A DNA stretch of 49,389 nt from Sphaeroforma arctica JP610 (Eukaryota): the NCBI RefSeq assembly GCF_001186125.1, contig NW_014040195.1:12286-61674 (forward strand), in the 5' to 3' direction. The notes below the pieces were generated by a model, which was given only the letters and a program-made list of their open reading frames with translations, was not told the DNA's origin and ran no database searches. Positions 37,401 through 49,389 of this stretch are shown one piece after another; within the stretch, counting starts at the first letter, position 1; every line of letters begins with the position of its first letter. The position numbers and the translations under genes are program-made.

Positions 37401-38915
37401 ATGAAAATGTCGAAGTTCCAATCGCTGGGTCTAGATCCCCGGCTAGTCAAGACACTCGCGCGAGCAAAATTCTCTGTGCCCACAAGAATACAACAATTGG
37501 CCATACCCCATCTATGCAACGATGCGAAGAGTCACACACTGTTGGGTGCAGAGACAGGTAGTGGTAAGACATTGGCGTATCTTCTACCGACACTGCAACG
37601 CTTAATAGAGTCCCCCAGATATATGAATAACAACTTAGATAATGACGCAGATACAAATATAAATAGAGAGAAGGCCCTGATACTACTACCCACGAGTGAA
37701 CTGGTCACGCAAGTGTACAACGTGGCTTCGGTGTTTGCTAAAGGGGTGGATGTGGGTGTGAGCATGGCCAGTCGGTTTCATCGTATGAGTGTGTTTGAGA
37801 ACACACGACTGATTGTGGGCACACCTGCTGCATTGCTTTCTTACCCACATTCTGATCGCACTGAGGGGATCACGAAGCTCGTGCTCGATGAAGCGGATCT
37901 GCTGCTGAGTCCGAGCATGTTGCCATCTGTACAGGTATGTGCATGTATGTGGGTCGAGTGATCACTATAATATATGCCATCGCGCACTGTGTTAAGATGG
38001 ACGTGTGTCTATTGTACGTGCCTATCCTGTTCTGTACAATTCCAAGTTCGCACTTATCGTAGTTTGTATATACATTCCTTATCCTTGCTAAGCAGTCACC
38101 TCCTCCCGTTGCATGCACAGGCACTCTTGGCCGACATAGGGCACACACCACAGACCATCCTCGCAGCAGCCACGCTCCCCACAGCAGGCACCAAATCACT
38201 CGACAACACCGTCAATCGGATGTTCCCCAAAGCAGTCCGACTCAGCACAGAGGGATGGCATCGCACCGTATCACACCTAGCCCAGGTGATGGTACGCGTG
38301 CGAGACGAGGACAAGGCCGCCCTGATTGCCGATGTACTGAAGCGGCATATGGTGTCGCCTATAGTGCAGGCGGATTTTGTGCACATCAAACAGCTTGGCA
38401 ATGCCGCAAGCGCTAACCAGCCAAAGGGTGTGCGAGCGTCAACGTCAATGCCGCGTGTGCTGGTATTCGCCAACACCGCCCAATCGGCCGAGGATGTGTA
38501 CCGAGCCCTCGACAAGGAGTTGCAGTACGCGGGGAAGGCGCATGTGTGTGCACTCTTGCACGGTCAGCAGGACAGCGAACACAGATCCAAGGCCTGGGCC
38601 TCGTTCTTAAAGGGTGAGGTGTCTGTGCTAGTATGTACGGATGTTGCGGCGCGAGGCTTAGATGTGGACGACATCGATCTGGTGGTACAGTACGATTTCG
38701 CACTGAACGCCGTCGATTACCTACACAGAGTAGGTAGAACGGCCCGTAATGGCAAGCAGGGGGTGGCTGTAAACCTGGTTAATGTCGCAGATGAGGCGCG
38801 AGCGAGTGCTATTGACAAGTTTAATGCCGTAGGGATGGAACCGGTGTTTAGTCGGAGGAGGAGCTTTCGCAAGCACATCAAGAAACAGGCAGATAGAATC
38901 GCTGGGCGTGTGTGA
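37401..38915 (+). CDS. DEAD-box RNA helicase, DDX28/Mrh4-like (exons 37401-37934, 38121-38915; ~442 aa)
   Basis: Q motif PTRIQ, AETGSGKT, PTSEL, DEAD, AAT, VFANT, LHG, TDVAARGLD, HRVGRTAR; C-terminal FSRRRSFRKHIKK. Phase-0 intron gtatgt...cacag. The subfamily assignment is inference. Confidence 0.93.
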
Positions 38916-41900
38916 GTACGGGTTGAATAGCACCCACCGTGCTTTAAACGTTTACAGAAATTGCTGAGACAATTGGGCGATAGGTTATCGAGATCATTGG
39001 GCCTTGTCTGGAAGGGCATCTGCGAGAGTTGTGACTCACGACGCCTACGGATGCATGTGACCAAGAACGTTTACGCTATCTGTATCAAGAATGCAAGAGA
39101 GTGTCCTCCTGCTTTCTGAGAGGGTTCGGTGTTGCCCGGCCTACGTAGTTATTTGGGTCATTGGGAGATCTCAACTCCTGGTGATATGTATTTTGTATTC
39201 CCCCCCCACACCACACATGTCTATCTATTTGTAACAGTCATACTCCTGGACCACCAGAACCCCTCCCCGCTCCCTTAATGATAGACTAGGCATATACAAA
39301 CACAGGGCAGCATGTGCTAAGGACAATAGTCGAGGGGTGGTGAGTGTATACATGCGGTAGACAAGGTACTGCATCATAGTAGTATGACTACAATTGCTAG
39401 AGTGAAATATCATGCTACCAACCATTTACGACTTAATTACCATCTAGCACTTGGTCTTATTCTATCCCAGGCTTGGAAAAAGCATATTCTCATTCATTCC
39501 ACATATGGCACTATAATCATGACTGTCCCACCCCAATAGACTAATGTGGTGAGGAGCATCTGATACCGACAGGATAGCATCTATGTTAGACCCCCCCCCA
39601 AAAAACCCCCTAAAACCCCATTTGTCATCTGAATCTGTGAAAGGTAGATTGCCCTTTTTTTTTACACCTATACCTTGGAAAACATGAGTCATCTGTCTAT
39701 TACACAGTTCAACTTCAAAATAAAAGATTCTTCTAAAGCATAGTACTTAAAAAAATAATGGCTCGAACTGTAGTATATACTTATATAGATATTTTAGGAG
39801 ATACTACTTCATGGTCAGGATTTAAAGAAAAAAAAGGGAAAATGAGAATATAACCAGTAATCTTTTATTGAACAGATTATTTATACTGAGTGGAAGCAAA
39901 TTTTAGGTACAGTACTTCTTCAAGGTTTCATCATATATTTCTTTACATATATTCTTTTCGTATCTACTATAAATTGACATCCAAAAGAGCAAACACTTCG
40001 GTCCCTCATAAGCGACAGAGGCCGTTCAGCCTAAATTCTTTGTCAATCTATTTTCATTATCGACTGCTGGGAGTGGATGTCCGAGTTTCTTATTCGGTCG
40101 GAAATGAAAGAACAGTCCAGAATGTCGCCACTTTCCGCTGCCTTGTTTGTACGTAGAGCATTTACACCTTTACCCCAAAGTTAAACAGGACCTCTGTCAC
40201 GATGAAATGCTGTGAACGAACCATTCCACCGGTGTTCACTCGATTGTCGTGCTATTATTTTTATTTTCCATTCATATCTTTGTGGGTGATGCCGTGTGCT
40301 ACTAGGTTGTTTGGGCGAGAATGGGATCTGCGGAATCCCTCAACGGGGGAATCGCACCCACGAACTAGCGAATAGAAGTGCTAATGGTGACCTATCCTTA
40401 CTCTATTTATATCTAGCTACACCGTACACCAAACACCTAAAGTACTCTGAATACCTATAGTTTTCTAAATACCCACGATAGATTTCAATCGGATTTGTTC
40501 TTACCTTTGTCCACTAGTTTCTCATGGCGTGGTATTCTGTTGGAGAGACAAAAATCTCTTCGTTCCTATGAATAGACATGTCATACATAAAGAGGAGCGC
40601 GATATGAATTTAAAAGTAATGGAAGTGGAAGTGTATGATTGTTCATCGGTGTACTCAAATCCTGGAACGGAACGGAACGATTTGAACGTGTTCTACTTTC
40701 ATTTACGAGTGTTGTACTGGTATCTCGACATACTATCTTCTGAGTTTGCAGATTCGAGTTCCAGAGTGGGAGAAAATAGATTTCTGGTGATTTCTGGGCA
40801 CACACAGTAGGGCTGTTCAGGAATATCTTCATACTATGTGTTCATATACTGGGCCAAGCATTGGAACATGTCAATCGTTAATCTTGAAATGCACATTGAA
40901 AACTGTAACTTGCTGACTGCAGCTTTGAATGAACCAGCAACGCGCACGTGTGTAAATTTATTACTTGCCTGCCAATGCGGTGCGCCCCAATACAAATGTG
41001 ATCATATTCCTGATGCAGTACATTCAGCATATGTCAAGTTAATTTAATCACTACAGTCTTGGCGTTCTCCAGAGACACCGAGGAGACTTCGCCGCTAATA
41101 GTCCAGTGTATAGTGCACGGTGATTTAATAGATACGTACGGATGCGTAAAAAGTCAGAGATCTATGGATCGGGGATAACTTTTTAAACTACCATAGTCGC
41201 TCTACAATACGCTGCATCGCATCAGAATAAACGTTCTAAAAAACAAAGCGATTCAACGAGAACGCTCTGCTGCCTATTTATCGTGAAGGTATCACAACAT
41301 AAACGGTAGGTACTCGACAACAACGTTTAATCAATGTGGAGCCAGAATTCGCCGAAAATGAGACACATTCACACGCGCAATATAGTAACCAATATTACGA
41401 GGTCGGATTGTACCAATGCCGCACGTGATGTGCTGCCAGCAGACACAGTACGTCAATCAGATAGGATTAAAGGTAGATGAATCACATTATCAATCAGATA
41501 GAGCTAAAGGCAGATAAATCTTTTGTATAGGACGGATTAGGGTGTGGATTACACCACCATTCACGTATATACAATACAGTGTTTTGTGTCCGTTGGAGTA
41601 CTTCGGATGACGAATAAGGTATAGAATCCTCGAGGGGACTCTTCTCGGCATAGATGTGCTACGTGACACACGCCTCTTGTTGAAAAATCATGCACATTGC
41701 TGGTCCAGCGGCTATCGCACAAGCACAAAGTTTTAACCACAGAGCTCTTGAGAAGTACTCGATATTTCCATACTCACGTTGGCCCGGGCGCATTGCGTTT
41801 TGTGCCATACTGCGGTGATTGTGTGGTACGGTCTCGTTCGTCTGTGGGGTGTCGTAACGTGTAGGGAGAATAACACCGTCTAGTGCACGCAGCCTTAGTC

Positions 41901-41931
41901 ACCAGCTTGTTGCGACGTATGCAAAGCACAC

Positions 41932-43934
41932 TCACGTCTGCGGTATACAGGGGGAGGGGTACTGCTCAACACTGAATATGCTCACGGTACCATCTGATTG
42001 GCTGGTGACCACGTGTAAAGGTCGAGCGGATGGCCCTCGAAGCGCTGGGTCATCGGCTGGGTGAGGGCTTATTGAATCTACAGCGAATTCTCCTAGGCAC
42101 ACCCCGTTGACCCAATTGGAAGTAGGTATGTCTTGTACCATCTGAGTGCGACGAGTGGCAAGTCGAGGATTGAGGTATAAGCACCGTTGTATGATTTGTT
42201 AAACATATGTTTGTGACATCGTGGGATGGGGTGCAATTGGGCCCAGAGGTCGATCCGGTCGCTTGAACCCAGACATTGAGTAGCTAATACAGCGACTGCC
42301 ATGTCAAACAGCTGCTGGATGGGCATACACACGCACAGACACTGATGAGGGGTCGACTATTCATAGTCAGAAGTGCAGACTAACATGAGGTGTCGATAGA
42401 CATCTGCGTGACGAGTTATCACTCCGCAAGAGAATCTGATGCATCATATACTTCTCTCCCTGGGCTACGTCAGTACCAGTGACCACACTCTATTGCGAAT
42501 TGAACAACAAGCAATAGGACACGAATAACGTTTCTTGCGTTATAGAGAACCAGCTCAGAATAGAATACAGACACACTACATATACATGAAAGATGTCCTG
42601 GAAATAACACTTGTGCCAGTACTAAGGCTCTATGATCGAGTTAGTTCTAGCACACAAATAACAAGCTGCGCATATACCTCTTTGTCCAGGAATACCTTAA
42701 TCGTATTCCAACGCCCCACCATCACAGCCCCATCAACGGCGCTGCCCATAGCCATCAATGGAATCCTCTGAATGTGCGTTACGGCGTTAACGTGGCGGGC
42801 ATATGCATGCACCTGTGTGCATAACAAGTGGCAGCAGAAAGCCAGGTCAGCACTGTATGTAGGTATGTCTTATGGGTTTAGGAAGACCCCACTTGGTCAA
42901 GTTCCATCCAGAAAACTATTAGTTCTTGGAGAGTCTGCACGTGTGCTTGTTTCTTACAGACAAAATGAACAGGACGTAAGAGACCTCTTGGACACATACG
43001 CCGTAGCCTACCCACGGGGTTCAGTTGCAGATTATGATGCAGATTATGTAGCGCCTATCTGCACACAACACGTACTCGTGATCATTCACTGATTACAGTA
43101 AGGTAATCCATGCCGCGTATCAGAGCCTCGGATGATTTCAACTTTGTAACCAACGATAGGGTATTGACAATGCCGAATTGTATGCACTAATACGGCCATT
43201 GTTGTGACAAAATAGAAAATGTTTCAGGTCGCACCAAGAGCGAGAGAGGAAAGGATAGCGCATAGAGTGACATAACCGACTCACATTTGAAACTATCGCA
43301 GAGAATACTAAAACAGAGATACATATCCATCGGTCCATTCCAGGGCAGCAACAGAGGGGAAGATACACGTGTTCTCTGGCAAGCTCCGTGAAGCAGAAGT
43401 ACGTGCCACAATATAGTGTGACGACTACACCACACCACACTGGTCATACCTTGAATCGATGGAGGACGAAGGCATCGCCAGCCTCATCCACGAAAAGCAA
43501 CTGTTGTGTGTGGGACTCTCCTCGTGATGCGTCTATATTGAGAAACCAACCCGTTTCCATCGCAACCACAGGTTCGTTGATTTTTACAGAACAGACAAGT
43601 TTGCCGTCGCTGATACAGTGTAGATTCTGAGCAGAGGGATCATAAACTCATCAGGCTGAGAACATGAAATAAGCTCGTAACCGTGTATGTATAATTAAAT
43701 AGAAGTCAGAGGAATGGTTAGAGGGGGTTTAGGAGACACAGTATCCAGCTAATAAAAATATAAAAACCGGAATTGACTTCCTCTATACCCGTTGCATGCG
43801 CACTACGATCAAAAAGTGTTCATCCAAATAGAGCTCTTTGTAGAGCTAGCTGCACTTACAAAAATCAACACAAAATCTCAAGTAAAATAAATAGCTATCT
43901 ATCTCTAAGTCACACACACCCGTATATTAAGTCA

Positions 43935-43970
<36 letters not shown>

Positions 43971-44528
43971 GTATATAAATAAATATATAGATAAACACAC
44001 ATACATACATACACAGATACACAGGCACACACAGACACAGACACACACACATATATATATATAATAAAACTAGATAAACACACATACATACATACACAGA
44101 TACACAGACACACATAGACACACATACACACGTCACATATAGTATATATATAGATATATAATATACTANNNNNNNNNNNNNNNNNNNNNNNNNNNNNNNN
44201 NNNNNNNNNNNNNNNNNNNNNNNNNNNNNNNNNNNNNNNNNNNNNNNNNNNNNNNNNNNNNNNNNNNNNNNNNNNNNNNNNNNNNNNNNNNNNNNNNNNN
44301 NNNNNNNNNNNNNNNNNNNNNNNNNNNNNNNNNNNNNNNNNNNNNNNNNNNNNNNNNNNNNNNNNNNNNNNNNNNNNNNNNNNNNNNNNNNNNNNNNNNN
44401 NNNNNNNNNNNNNNNNNNNNNNNNNNNNNNNNNNNNNNNNNNNNNNNNNNNNNNNNNNNNNNNNNNNNNNNNNNNNNNNNNNCCCATAACCCCCCCCCCA
44501 GACCCCCCAGACACCCCCATGCATATCA

Positions 44529-44603
<75 letters not shown>

Positions 44604-45740
44604 GTATATACGTATAAATACGGAATGTAACTATACATAAATGATTCATTGTCGCACTATCTGTGTAGGGGTGAATATTATTTTCTATCGACCTACAGCA
44701 TCAACAGATTTTTCTGGCGAGCACAGATACTGGCTGTACAAATTACCACATATGAATAGTATGGATGGAATGATAAAGCCACCCTTGAACATAATACTCC
44801 CATACTTTGCGCAATCTTAGACGCATAGAAATCGATTGCACACAACAGGCATACGCTTCACCCAAGCAACCACCTACAGCAATGCATAAAGGACACCCTA
44901 GTTAGTACTGTCACTGCTCAGTCCGAGTAAACACGCTCCCGTTCATACTTCCATTCACATATATACCGAGTACTGACCAAGAGACACACGAATTCTCACC
45001 TCTTCCCCATCGGCAACCACAAGCACATGCGTACGTACACCATACTCATCCAGCATGCTCAGACTGGTCATAGCTCTAATACCGCTGTTCATTCTATCCG
45101 TATACGTTATATGATGCGACAGCTTAATTCTCCACAAAGTGTCGAATATCGACCCCAGTCCCGTAATTGTACCCGTACTATCCGCTGCTACGATGGAATT
45201 AAACCTAGGTTTATCTGTGCCTGTGTACACATCTGTGTCAACACAAACAGCAACTACACTGCTTCCATCGTGCAAGCACTTCTGTCTGAACAATCGATTG
45301 TCTGACAGCACAGATAAGACGCCGTCTGTATCGCCCGTCACTATGTTCACCTCCCCAAATTCAAACAGATTGTGTGCGAGCACGTGTGACAGACACCCAC
45401 CCTTGATCTCCACCTTATTAACCTTCTGGTTGTGTGCAATCGCATTCGAGTGCTTTGATGGTACTGCATGTCGACTGAGGTGTACATCCGCATTCGCATG
45501 TGCATTCATAGTATCATAAGAACTTTTCGCTGACGCCACCTCAGCGTCGCTTGATTCCTGTACATCCCTCTCGTGTGGGTGTGTGTGCACGCGTGCTAAA
45601 GCTGGCCTGTAGTATAAGACCTGCCCATTGGATGTGCCCAACACAACACTTTCGTGCGAGGTCTTAAAAGGCTTGCCGACAGTCATAGATGTGATATGGC
45701 AGTCAGCTACCACACTGGTGGTCACAGGCTTTAAGATCAT
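41932..45740 (-). CDS. Uncharacterised beta-propeller (WD40/FG-GAP-like) protein, 4 exons (45740-45000, 43626-43450, 42767-42678, 42141-41932), ~405 aa
   Basis: Phase-0 GT-AG junctions; blade-like motifs VVLGTSNGQVLYY, IVTGDTDGVLSVL, IVAADSTGTITGL, LLFVDEAGDAFVL, VVTSQSDGTVSIF. A missed small exon is possible. Confidence 0.72.
44169..44482. other. Assembly gap flanked by CA/TA microsatellites
   Basis: Run of N. Confidence 1.
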
Positions 45741-46506
45741 GTTGCTGATGAGGTGACACTATACAGTTTGAGAACTGTAGGGTACATACGCGTATACGAC
45801 ATAGATATACCGCACAATCCAACGAGAAGATATACTACAAGGGGCCATCTATAAATACATACATTCTTTAGTATTATATAAACGTAAGTCCGGTATATAT
45901 ATTCATATTTTTAACATAAATTTTTAGGTTTTTTCAATGTATTTTTTTTGTGTTTAATCGGCGTTTTCAATATGTACCTGTCAAATCTCCACCAATCGAC
46001 ACGTCATCAAATTTATGGCGGGTCACAATAGCCAATAATATTCACGATTGATATCTGTCATCACTTGTCAAACCAGCATCATGCAGATCTTAGCTCATAT
46101 TGATACATGGGTCTAAATATTTACAAGTTGTATATAAGGCAGTATAGCATAGACGTTCACATCGCAGTAGCTTCTACATAAACATAGTCTAATCTTAATA
46201 GACGTAGTAAATTAGAAGTCGTGGTCGACTTTATGCGTACTTGAGCCGTAATATCTGCATGGCTTGTGTGTGATCTCCTATTCCTTATATAGCGTAGCAC
46301 TGTGTAATTCGACCATAGGTAGACCACAGAGAAATTTAAAACTAGTAGACAGCACAGTCACTAATACACGGTTTATTTCCTCATCGCACGAAAAGTCAGT
46401 TGTTTATAGTTAAGAGAAGACACAACACAGAACAGCGACTGGTACATGCCGAGGTCGACAGTACCCAAGAAAGTGATTCTGTCGAAATAGCTATCAGACT
46501 ACAATC

Positions 46507-47430
46507 ATGGACCGCAAGAAGGTACTACTTGTTGCTGTTGATGTTTCAGTTGTGTTATACGTTGCTATCTGTGAACTATAGCTCTACAATACATGTGGCT
46601 TTTACCGTGACCGCACTCCTTTTCCATGGACCACGTGGTTGTTCTTCACCCCGAAGTAAGATCCTACGTAACCATTACTGTGAATGTTCGCTGTGAAGAA
46701 GCTGGGTTAAGCTTGAAAGCGTGTGCATGTATCAGCTGACTGGCTGTCCGCTACTGTTGTATTATCAATATTGTACGCGAGTCATACTGAACCGACAAGG
46801 ACATCTGCATATACAAACATACCCCATTCAATTCGGTTGGAATACGATTGTTGTGTGTCGCTGTCTTTGAAGTTCAAATCCTGCGTGCTAGTGGAATGCG
46901 TGGCTACAAGGAGCATCACCTCGCTTTCGCACGAACTTAATGGATAAACCGTCTCTTTAAATCTTAATCTATTCTGTTGCTATGCATAGTCTTACTCAGC
47001 GTCACAACTTATCTCCTTGTATAGTCTGGGACTATTGAGTCCTTCTTCAAACCAAAAGCCAAGACTCAGACCCTTCCAAGCGCAAGAACCAACAGACCTA
47101 CCGCAGCAGCGACCTCTCAATGCAGGATGTCAAGTGTGGGTGGCATCGATAAGCATCCTGCACAGCCCGGGGGTGGTGCGAAGAATAGTGCCCTAGCCAA
47201 TAGCAGCGGTACTGTGAAGTTCGGTACCAGCATGTGCAGGGTGAACGGTGGTGCTAAACCCAGCCTACTAAATATGGTCAGCAAGAACGGTGGTGCTAAA
47301 CCCAGCCTACTAAATATGGTCAGCAAGAACGGTGGTGGAGTAGACAAGGGGACACACGGTGTACAAAGCGCCACATGCTGTGATAACGGACAGGCGGCAA
47401 GGAAAGCTGCCGCGATTGCCCGACGTACAG
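46507..47430 (+). CDS. 5' part of a gene of unknown function with an N-terminal PIP-box-like motif (exons 46507-46521, 47025-47430)
   Basis: ATG in acaatcATGG context; MDRKK|gtact...atag|SGTIESFFKPKAK...; exon ends at a gtatgt donor; contains an in-frame 42-bp duplication (NGGAKPSLLNMVSK twice). Downstream exons unresolved. Confidence 0.5.
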
Positions 47431-47749
47431 GTATGTGAACGTACAGTATATATACGAACGTAGTTGGGGAAGTTCGGGACTTGGTTTCGATAACTGCGCC
47501 AGAGGATGGTCTGTGCTGATTGATTGTAGCTGCACATGGGCTATTGTCTTCATGATGATAGGGTGAAGGGTTTGTTATGCAAAGTCTAGTCATTTGTTGG
47601 GGGAATATTAACCAGGATATCTCGCAGCATGAGGCAGAGAATCAGTGATGAAGATAGTAGGGCCTACTGACCAGTCTCGCCACACACTTTGTAGTCCGCC
47701 ACCGTTCCCATAAACGAGTATTACGTACGTGCAAGGGTTTAATCTATAG

Positions 47750-48500
47750 AATGCGGAATATATACTTACTTTTTCGATAGTGCTTGATATACATTTTATA
47801 TGATAGTAGACTACTCAATTTACACTGTATAAAGTAATAGAATACTCAATATACACTTAATATCTCGATCGAATCTATAGCATAGACGTAATGTATCAAT
47901 AGAGATTCTAATATACACTTAATATATGACAAAAAATACTTAATATGCACTTAATATACCAATCGAATATTCTGATACACTTAATATAGCAACAGGATAC
48001 TTAATATACACTAAATATTGCAATGTAACACCTATTTTACACTTTATAGATCGATCGAATACTTGATATACATTTAATATATCAATAGAGTGCTTAATAT
48101 ACATTTAATATGGCAATATAATATGACTATTATACACTTAATAGATCAATCGAATACTTCATATACACTTAATAGATCAATCGAATACTTCATATACATT
48201 TAATATAGCAATCGAATACCTCATATACACTTATTAGATCAATCGAATACTTCATATACACTTAATATAGCAATCGAATACTTCATATACACTTAATATA
48301 GCAATCGAATACTTCATATACACTTTATATATCAATAGAATACTTCATATACACTGCATATATCAACGGGATAATTAATATACACTAAATATAGCAATAG
48401 AATATAGCTATTATACACTTAATAGTTCAATCGAATACTTGGTATACACTTAATATAGCAGTCGAATACTGCATATACACTTGAATTATCACTAGAATAC
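47750..48500. repeat. 31-bp AT-rich minisatellite, degenerate at the edges
   Basis: Unit aatcgaatacttcatatacacttaatatagc at 48241, 48272 and onward. Confidence 0.92.
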
Positions 48501-49140
48501 TGAAAATGATCATACGGCTATCGCGCACAGCTCTATCTCTTTCCAGGAAGCAATCGATGCAACCCCAAGTAGCCCAGCCACCAAACGGGACAGTTCGGTC
48601 CCAATCGTCGAGGCAACAAGTTAATTTAGTGCGCAAACCAATGAAATCCAGTAGCGGAGTGAGTAGCGTAAAGCAAAACCCTGGTAAGTCAACAACTACC
48701 TACTTTATATCCACCCGTTTGTATTCTTTCTATCGCTACTGTGTACGGTGTGTAATAACTAACAAACGAACCTTATAACCATCCCTTTTTGCGTTTGTAT
48801 GTTTTCTTCAATCTGTGTCCGAGTGTGTTTGCCATTGCCCTCTGATTTGAAATTGCTCTTCACTCAGTGCCACAAGTCTAATGGGACTGCCTTATATTTG
48901 ATATATGGGCCGTGGTTGTTCTGCGATACATATTTGTAGACCGCAGAGCTCAATACACATCCGCTATGCGCAAAGGGTTTCCTGACTGGGTAACTATAGG
49001 TTTAAAATTCGACCGACTGCTCGATCTTGGACACAATACGCTCATAAAGCTGAAAGGCCTAATCGCATCTCCCGTGTTGTATATATGCGCACCTACTGCG
49101 ATGTTAAATACAATGCACAAGGCGTTAACCTTACTTAATC

Positions 49141-49389
49141 ATATGTCCCGTCTTACCTACGATGCAGCTCACACATCACATGTTCCGTCTTACATACGAT
49201 GCAGCTCACACAGTACATGTGTCGTCTTACATACGATACAACTCACACATCACATGTGTCGTCTTACATACGATACAACTCACACATCACATGTTCCGTC
49301 TTATATACGATGCAGCTCACACATCACATGTGTCGTCTTACATACGATACAACTCACACATCACATGTTTCGTCTTACCAACGATGCAG
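49141..49389. repeat. 37-bp minisatellite running off the window end
   Basis: Unit acatgt(t/g)(c/t)cgtcttacatacgat(g/a)ca(g/a)ctcacacatc at 49141, 49178 and onward. Confidence 0.95.

Noticed and set aside
39200..41900. Short ORFs in the region between the helicase and the beta-propeller gene
   Set aside because: No motifs, splice-consistent structure or terminal repeats that I could support.
44483..44520. C-rich tract next to the gap as a G-quadruplex or telomeric element
   Set aside because: It is at a contig edge beside a CA microsatellite and is probably low-quality sequence.

Overview
Eukaryotic draft-genome window with GT-AG introns, abundant (TA)n/(CA)n/(TATG)n microsatellites, three N-gaps and a fosmid-vector remnant. 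The style suggests a unicellular holozoan such as an ichthyosporean, but that is inference only. Host genes reconstructed by hand-splicing: part of a CLC chloride channel (+), the 3' end of a folliculin-interacting protein FNIP (+), a complete 13-exon mitoribosomal DAP3/mS29 gene (-) with an unusual FG-repeat N-terminal extension, a divergently transcribed DDX28/Mrh4-like DEAD-box helicase (+), a 4-exon beta-propeller gene (-) and the start of a gene with a PIP-box-like motif (+). Positions ~8.5-21.7 kb form a nested cluster of decayed transposons: a truncated Ty3/Gypsy (-), an internally deleted Ty1/Copia (-), a near-complete Ty3/Gypsy (+) and a hAT transposase (+). The most notable observation is that the plus-strand Gypsy pol carries a DIRS/phage-type DNA N6-adenine methyltransferase domain (intact NPPW motif) in frame between RNase H and a DDE integrase, and ends in a degenerate chromodomain-like segment. 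That methyltransferase is normally associated with tyrosine-recombinase DIRS elements rather than integrase-using LTR retrotransposons.
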